This document shows positions 58,999 through 63,259 of a DNA stretch of 63,259 bases, piece after piece; position 1 is the first letter of the stretch, and each line of letters starts with the position of its first letter. Location: sequence record DRR723986_5705, one strand, 5' to 3'. The translations under genes were made by a program, and so were the position numbers. The notes beneath the pieces were generated by a model, which saw only the letters and a program-made list of their open reading frames with translations, had not been told where the DNA came from and did not search any database.

Positions 58999-59604
58999 AT
59001 GAGCAATAATCAACCTGTAGACAAAGAACGTCGCGTATGGATGATCGCTTGCGGCGCAGCGGGTGGTGTAGCGGCTGCAGCAACTGGTGGCGCGTTTCTG
59101 ACTTCAATGGCACCTTCCGAGCGTGCGAAAGCCGCTGGTGCGCCCGTTGAGCTTGATATCTCTGGCATGCAGCCAGGCGACATGAAAACTGTCGAATGGC
59201 GTGGAAAGCCAGTGTGGGTGGTGCGTCGTGACCCCTCCATGGTTGAAGCCTTGCCTCAGTTGAATGACCAGCTGGCCGATCCCAACTCAGAACGCAGCCC
59301 AGATCAGTTGACACCCGAGTACGCACGTAACGTTCATCGCTCAATCAAGCCCGAATACCTGGTAGCCGTTGGCATTTGCTCACACCTCGGTTGTTCGCCC
59401 TCTGCGCGTTTTGAACCTGGCCCCCAGCCAAGCCTGCCTGATGACTGGCAAGGCGGCTTTTTCTGTCCTTGTCACGGTTCAACGTTCGATCTGGCTGGTC
59501 GCGTTTATGCTGGTAAGCCCGCTCCGGACAACTTGGAAGTGCCACCCCACAAATATTTGTCAGACACCAAGTTGTTGATCGGTGTAGACGAGAACAACGC
59601 CTGA
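58999..59604 (+). CDS. petA: Cytochrome bc1 Rieske Fe-S subunit
   Basis: Twin-Arg N-terminus, WRGKPVW, CSHLGC and CPCHGS boxes. Confidence 0.96.
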   Translation: MSNNQPVDKERRVWMIACGAAGGVAAAATGGAFLTSMAPSERAKAAGAPVELDISGMQPGDMKTVEWRGKPVWVVRRDPSMVEALPQLNDQLADPNSERSPDQLTPEYARNVHRSIKPEYLVAVGICSHLGCSPSARFEPGPQPSLPDDWQGGFFCPCHGSTFDLAGRVYAGKPAPDNLEVPPHKYLSDTKLLIGVDENNA

Positions 59605-59629
59605 CATTTGAGAGCGAGGAGTAGTAATT

Positions 59630-60895
59630 ATGGCGGCAGACAAAAAAGTCGAAACAACAGGCGTGTTGGGCTGGATTGACCAGCGCTTTCCCCTGACCTC
59701 GACCTACAAAGCGCATTTGTCCGAGTACTATGCGCCTAAAAACTTCAACTTCTGGTACTTCTTTGGCTCACTGGCCTTGCTGGTGTTGGTCATCCAGATC
59801 GTTACCGGTATTTTCCTGGTCATGCATTACAAGCCCGATGCGGCCAAGGCATTCCAGTCCGTGGAGTACATCATGCGCGATGTGCCTTGGGGCTGGCTTG
59901 TTCGTTACATGCACTCCACAGGCGCATCCATGTTCTTCGTGGTGGTTTATCTGCACATGATGCGTGGCTTGTTGTACGGCTCTTATCGCAAACCACGTGA
60001 ACTGATCTGGATCTTCGGTGTTGCGATCTTCCTGTGTCTGATGGCCGAGGCGTTCTTTGGTTATCTGCTGCCTTGGGGTCAAATGAGCTACTGGGGTGCT
60101 CAGGTGATTGTGAACCTGTTCTCCGCCATTCCGGTGATTGGTCCTGATTTGGCCATCTGGATTCGTGGTGATTATGTGGTTTCCGATGCCACCTTGAACC
60201 GCTTCTTCTCCTTCCACGTCATCGCAATTCCACTGGTGTTGCTGGGCCTGGTTGCAGCTCACCTGGTTGCTTTGCACGAAGTGGGTTCGAACAACCCCGA
60301 TGGTGTTGAAATCAAGGAAAAGAAAGACGCGAATGGCAAGCCTTTGGATGGCATTCCGTTCCACCCTTACTACACGGTGCATGACATTTTGGGTGTAGGC
60401 GTGTTCTTGATGGTGTTCTCAGCGATTGTATTTTTTGCGCCTGAAATGGGTGGTTACTTCCTGGAATATAACAACTTCATTCCGGCTGACCCATTGAAGA
60501 CGCCTGCACACATTGCACCTGTCTGGTATTTCACACCGTTCTACTCCATTCTGCGTGCAATTACCTTCCCGTTCCTGGGTCTGGATGCGAAGTTTTGGGG
60601 TGTGGTGGCCATGGGTGGCGCAGTGGTGATCCTGTTCTTCCTGCCTTGGTTGGACAAGAGCCCCGTGAAGTCAATCCGTTATCGTCCAGCCATGCACAAG
60701 TGGATTTACGCAGTGTTCGTAATCAACTTCATCGTGTTGGGTTATCTGGGCGTGAAGCCACCATCAGATGTTGGTCAAATCGTTTCCCAGATTGGTACCC
60801 TGTACTATTTCCTGTTCTTCCTGGCCATGCCGTGGTGGTCAAAGCTGGGCACATTCAAGCCCGTGCCTGACCGTGTTGTGTTTCAACCGCACTGA
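59630..60895 (+). CDS. petB: Cytochrome b
   Basis: RYMHSTGAS, LPWGQMSYWGA, RFFSFH, PVWY Qo motif. Confidence 0.98.
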   Translation: MAADKKVETTGVLGWIDQRFPLTSTYKAHLSEYYAPKNFNFWYFFGSLALLVLVIQIVTGIFLVMHYKPDAAKAFQSVEYIMRDVPWGWLVRYMHSTGASMFFVVVYLHMMRGLLYGSYRKPRELIWIFGVAIFLCLMAEAFFGYLLPWGQMSYWGAQVIVNLFSAIPVIGPDLAIWIRGDYVVSDATLNRFFSFHVIAIPLVLLGLVAAHLVALHEVGSNNPDGVEIKEKKDANGKPLDGIPFHPYYTVHDILGVGVFLMVFSAIVFFAPEMGGYFLEYNNFIPADPLKTPAHIAPVWYFTPFYSILRAITFPFLGLDAKFWGVVAMGGAVVILFFLPWLDKSPVKSIRYRPAMHKWIYAVFVINFIVLGYLGVKPPSDVGQIVSQIGTLYYFLFFLAMPWWSKLGTFKPVPDRVVFQPH

Positions 60896-60945
60896 TGATT
60901 GCGCACCAAGCTGACTGGACGACGAACTGGAGAAGATAGGATTAA

Positions 60946-61704
60946 ATGATGAAAAAAATACTGGCTTTGTTGGCGCTTGTTCCCTCACTGGTTTTCAGTG
61001 CGGGCAGTAATTACCCATTGGACAAGGCGCCTGACTTGACAAACGACTTGGCTGCGCTCCAGCGCGGCGCCAAGTTGTTTTCCAACTACTGTTTGAATTG
61101 CCACTCTGCAGAGAGCATGCGCTACAACCGCTTGCGTGACATTGGTTTGACCGATGAGCAGATCAAGGAAAACCTGATGTTCGCCACGGACAATGTGGGC
61201 GATACCATGACCATTGCCATGGATCCAAAGGATGCCAAGAAGTGGTTCGGTGCAGCACCTCCCGATTTGTCCCTGATCGCACGTTCACGTGCCTCTGCAA
61301 ACGGCCCCGGCGCTGACTACATTTACACTTACCTGCGTACTTATTACCGTGATCCTTCCAAGCCCACTGGCTGGAACAACATGGCTTTCCCGAACGTCGG
61401 CATGCCGCATGTGTTGTGGGAACTGCAGGGTGAACAAGTGGCCAAGTATGAAGAGGTACCAGCCGGTTATGGCAAGGAAGGTACTGTTCAGAAGTTCGTT
61501 GGATTTGAGGTGACCAAGCCCGGCACCATGACTCAGGTGGAATACGACCAGGCCATGGCCGACCTCACCAGTTTCTTGGTGTATATGGCTGAACCTGTGC
61601 GCGAAGACCGCTTCAAGTTGGGCGTGATTGTGCTGTTGTTCTTCGGCGTGTTTACCATTTTTGCCTGGCGCTTGAACGCCGCTTACTGGAAAGACATCAA
61701 GTAA
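60946..61704 (+). CDS. petC: Cytochrome c1
   Basis: LQRGA, CLNCH haem motif, PPDLSL, MPHVL, C-terminal TM. Confidence 0.96.
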   Translation: MMKKILALLALVPSLVFSAGSNYPLDKAPDLTNDLAALQRGAKLFSNYCLNCHSAESMRYNRLRDIGLTDEQIKENLMFATDNVGDTMTIAMDPKDAKKWFGAAPPDLSLIARSRASANGPGADYIYTYLRTYYRDPSKPTGWNNMAFPNVGMPHVLWELQGEQVAKYEEVPAGYGKEGTVQKFVGFEVTKPGTMTQVEYDQAMADLTSFLVYMAEPVREDRFKLGVIVLLFFGVFTIFAWRLNAAYWKDIK

Positions 61705-61727
61705 GCTTTTTGGCTTAATCATGTACA

Positions 61728-61760
61728 GGCTGGGGTGTTTGCTCGCCCCGGCCATTTTTT
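61728..61760 (+). terminator. Terminator-like hairpin between petC and sspA
   Basis: GGCTGGGGTG-TTTGCT-CGCCCCGGCC followed by a T-run. Confidence 0.6.
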
Positions 61761-61779
61761 GTTTTGGGATGACAACATT

Positions 61780-62382
61780 ATGATGGTTCTTTACTCTGGA
61801 ACGACCTGCCCGTTTTCTCAGCGTTGCCGGTTCGTTTTGCATGAAAAAGGCATGGATTTCGAGATCAAGGACATTGATTTGTTCAACCGGCCTGATGACA
61901 TCAGTGTGATGAACCCTTACAGTCAGGTGCCAATTCTTGTTGAGCGTGATTTGATTCTGTACGAATCAAACATCATCAACGAGTATATCGACGAGCGTTT
62001 TCCCCATCCCCAACTGATGCCTGCGGACCCGGTGATGCGTGCGCGTACTCGCTTGTTCTTATTCAATTTCGAGCGAGAGTTGTTCCAACATGTGAGTGTG
62101 CTGGAGAAAGCCGGTAACCCCAAGGCCATGGACAAAGCCAAATCGGCCATTCGCGAGCAGCTGACCCAACTTGCGCCGGTATTTGTGAAAAGCAAATACA
62201 TGCTGGGCGAAGAGTTCTCGATGCTTGATGTTGCTTTGGCACCGTTGTTGTGGCGTTTGGAGCACTACGGCATTGAGTTGCCAAAGTCTGCTGCGCCATT
62301 GATGAAGTATGCCGAACGCATTTTCGCGAAACCTGCATTTATTGATGCATTGACACCCTCTGAAAAGGTAATGCGTCGTTAA
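61780..62382 (+). CDS. sspA: Stringent starvation protein A (GST fold)
   Basis: MMVLYSG, NPY.QVP.LVERDL.LYES.IINEY.DERFPHP.LMP; ATG 61780. Confidence 0.95.
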   Translation: MMVLYSGTTCPFSQRCRFVLHEKGMDFEIKDIDLFNRPDDISVMNPYSQVPILVERDLILYESNIINEYIDERFPHPQLMPADPVMRARTRLFLFNFERELFQHVSVLEKAGNPKAMDKAKSAIREQLTQLAPVFVKSKYMLGEEFSMLDVALAPLLWRLEHYGIELPKSAAPLMKYAERIFAKPAFIDALTPSEKVMRR

Positions 62383-62428
62383 TTGAAGTTTCATTGCGAA
62401 GCTGTCCGGAAACGTCGAGGAAAAAGTT

Positions 62429-62971
62429 GTGACTGAAGTATCTACAAAGCCTTATTTGATTCGAGCCATTCACGAATGGTGTGTCGACAATGGCTACACG
62501 CCTTACCTCGCCGTGGCTGTGAATGAAAAAACCCAGGTGCCAAAAGAGTTTGTCAAGGCGGGGGAGATTGTGCTGAATACGTCTCCTTTGGCCACCAACA
62601 AATTGAGTCTCGGCAACGCCGCGATTGAGTTTGAGGCCCGGTTCGGTGGCGTGGTTCGAGAAATCTTTGTGCCGATCGAGCAGATCAGTGCCATTTACGC
62701 GCGCGAGAATGGCCACGGAATGGCTTTTGAAGTGTTGAAGCCATTGGCCGAGATTGAGGGTGATGGAAACGAGGCTGTTCAATTCATTCTCGATGAAGAG
62801 GATGAGCCAGTTTCACAGGATTCGGAAGATAAACCGGCGGGTTTGCGTTCAGTTTCCGGTGCATCGGAAGATCCGCAGCCTTTGTCTGTGGCTAAAACGG
62901 ATAAATCTGATGAAAAAACACCAAAAAAACCCGGGCAGAAGAAAAAAAATCATCTGACTCGAGTAAAATAG
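62429..62971 (+). CDS. sspB: ClpXP adaptor SspB
   Basis: STKPYLIRAI.EW..DNG.TP, ARFGG, IYARENG.GM.F, acidic linker, C-terminal HLTRVK tail. Confidence 0.95.
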   Translation: MTEVSTKPYLIRAIHEWCVDNGYTPYLAVAVNEKTQVPKEFVKAGEIVLNTSPLATNKLSLGNAAIEFEARFGGVVREIFVPIEQISAIYARENGHGMAFEVLKPLAEIEGDGNEAVQFILDEEDEPVSQDSEDKPAGLRSVSGASEDPQPLSVAKTDKSDEKTPKKPGQKKKNHLTRVK

Positions 62972-62985
62972 CGCTTCTCTTAAGT

Positions 62986-63061
62986 GCCGCTTTAGCTCAG
63001 TTGGTAGAGCAACCGCCTTGTAAGCGGTAGGTCGTCAGTTCGAATCCGACAAGCGGCACCA
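62986..63061 (+). tRNA. tRNA-Thr(TGT)
   Basis: Acceptor GCCGCTT/AAGCGGC, D arm AGCTCAGTTGGTAGAGC, anticodon arm ACCGC-CT-TGT-AA-GCGGT, GTTCGAAT, CCA. Confidence 0.97.
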
Positions 63062-63137
63062 TTCTTCTCCCGGTTTCTTGGGAAATCATCCAAGCTTTTT
63101 TCTGTCGTACACGTGATGATGCGTCCTGCGTTGGCGT

Positions 63138-63259
63138 CTATTGCCAATTCGACGTGGTTTGCTTGTGCCCCTCTGGGTCGGTGACTTGGGAGCTAAACTT
63201 GAACGGTTGCTGCTGTTTGTTGCGCAACTCGGCATGGGTTACTTGTTCCGCACGGGACT
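63138..63259 (-). CDS. Probable 3' end of a CDS entering from the right edge; product unknown
   Basis: Open minus frame SRAEQVTHAELRNKQQQPFKFSSQVTDPEGHKQTTSNWQ* with stop at 63138-63140. Confidence 0.3.
   Translation of the reverse strand, partial: SRAEQVTHAELRNKQQQPFKFSSQVTDPEGHKQTTSNWQ

Noticed and set aside
60515-60535. Cytochrome b has PVWY instead of PEWY
   Set aside because: A known variant in Beta- and Gammaproteobacteria.
62986-63259. tRNA-Thr (and tRNA-Gln) as integration sites
   Set aside because: No integrase or duplicated tRNA 3' end seen in the window; only ~200 bp is visible after tRNA-Thr.

Overview
Mostly core chromosome of a betaproteobacterium. Gene order is typical of Burkholderiales and it resembles Limnobacter (recollection, not verified). 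Housekeeping blocks in order: rfbD-like reductase; ftsYEX; an M16 peptidase pair-rsmD-coaD-ferredoxin; ychF-pth; leuA with a divergent Lrp regulator; exoD; rplY-prs-tRNA-Gln-ispE-lolB-TPR lipoprotein; mutM-mutY; kdsD-kdsC-lptCAB-rpoN-hpf-ptsN-hprK-rapZ; a CPA2 antiporter; mlaFEDACB plus an ABC-2 pair and ibaG-murA; hisGDCBHAFIE-HIT-tatABC; an HtrA protease and a Nif3 protein; petABC-sspAB-tRNA-Thr. Two regions stand out. (1) 33154-41055 (minus strand): a compact, translationally coupled 8-gene type IV filament operon (T2SS/MSHA-like) with unusual parts: a lipoprotein secretin with a C-terminal TPR-like tail, a minimal ATPase lacking both the N-terminal domain and the Zn-tetracysteine motif, and a Glu5-less pilin-like protein with a 14-Cys C-terminal domain. 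(2) 8180-8908: an AT-rich insert with a Zn-ribbon, putative ribbon-helix-helix protein, preceded by an operator-like palindrome and what looks like the last ~15 codons of a deleted toxin gene. No CRISPR array, rRNA, transposase or integrase was seen. All calls come from reading motifs by eye; no searches were run.
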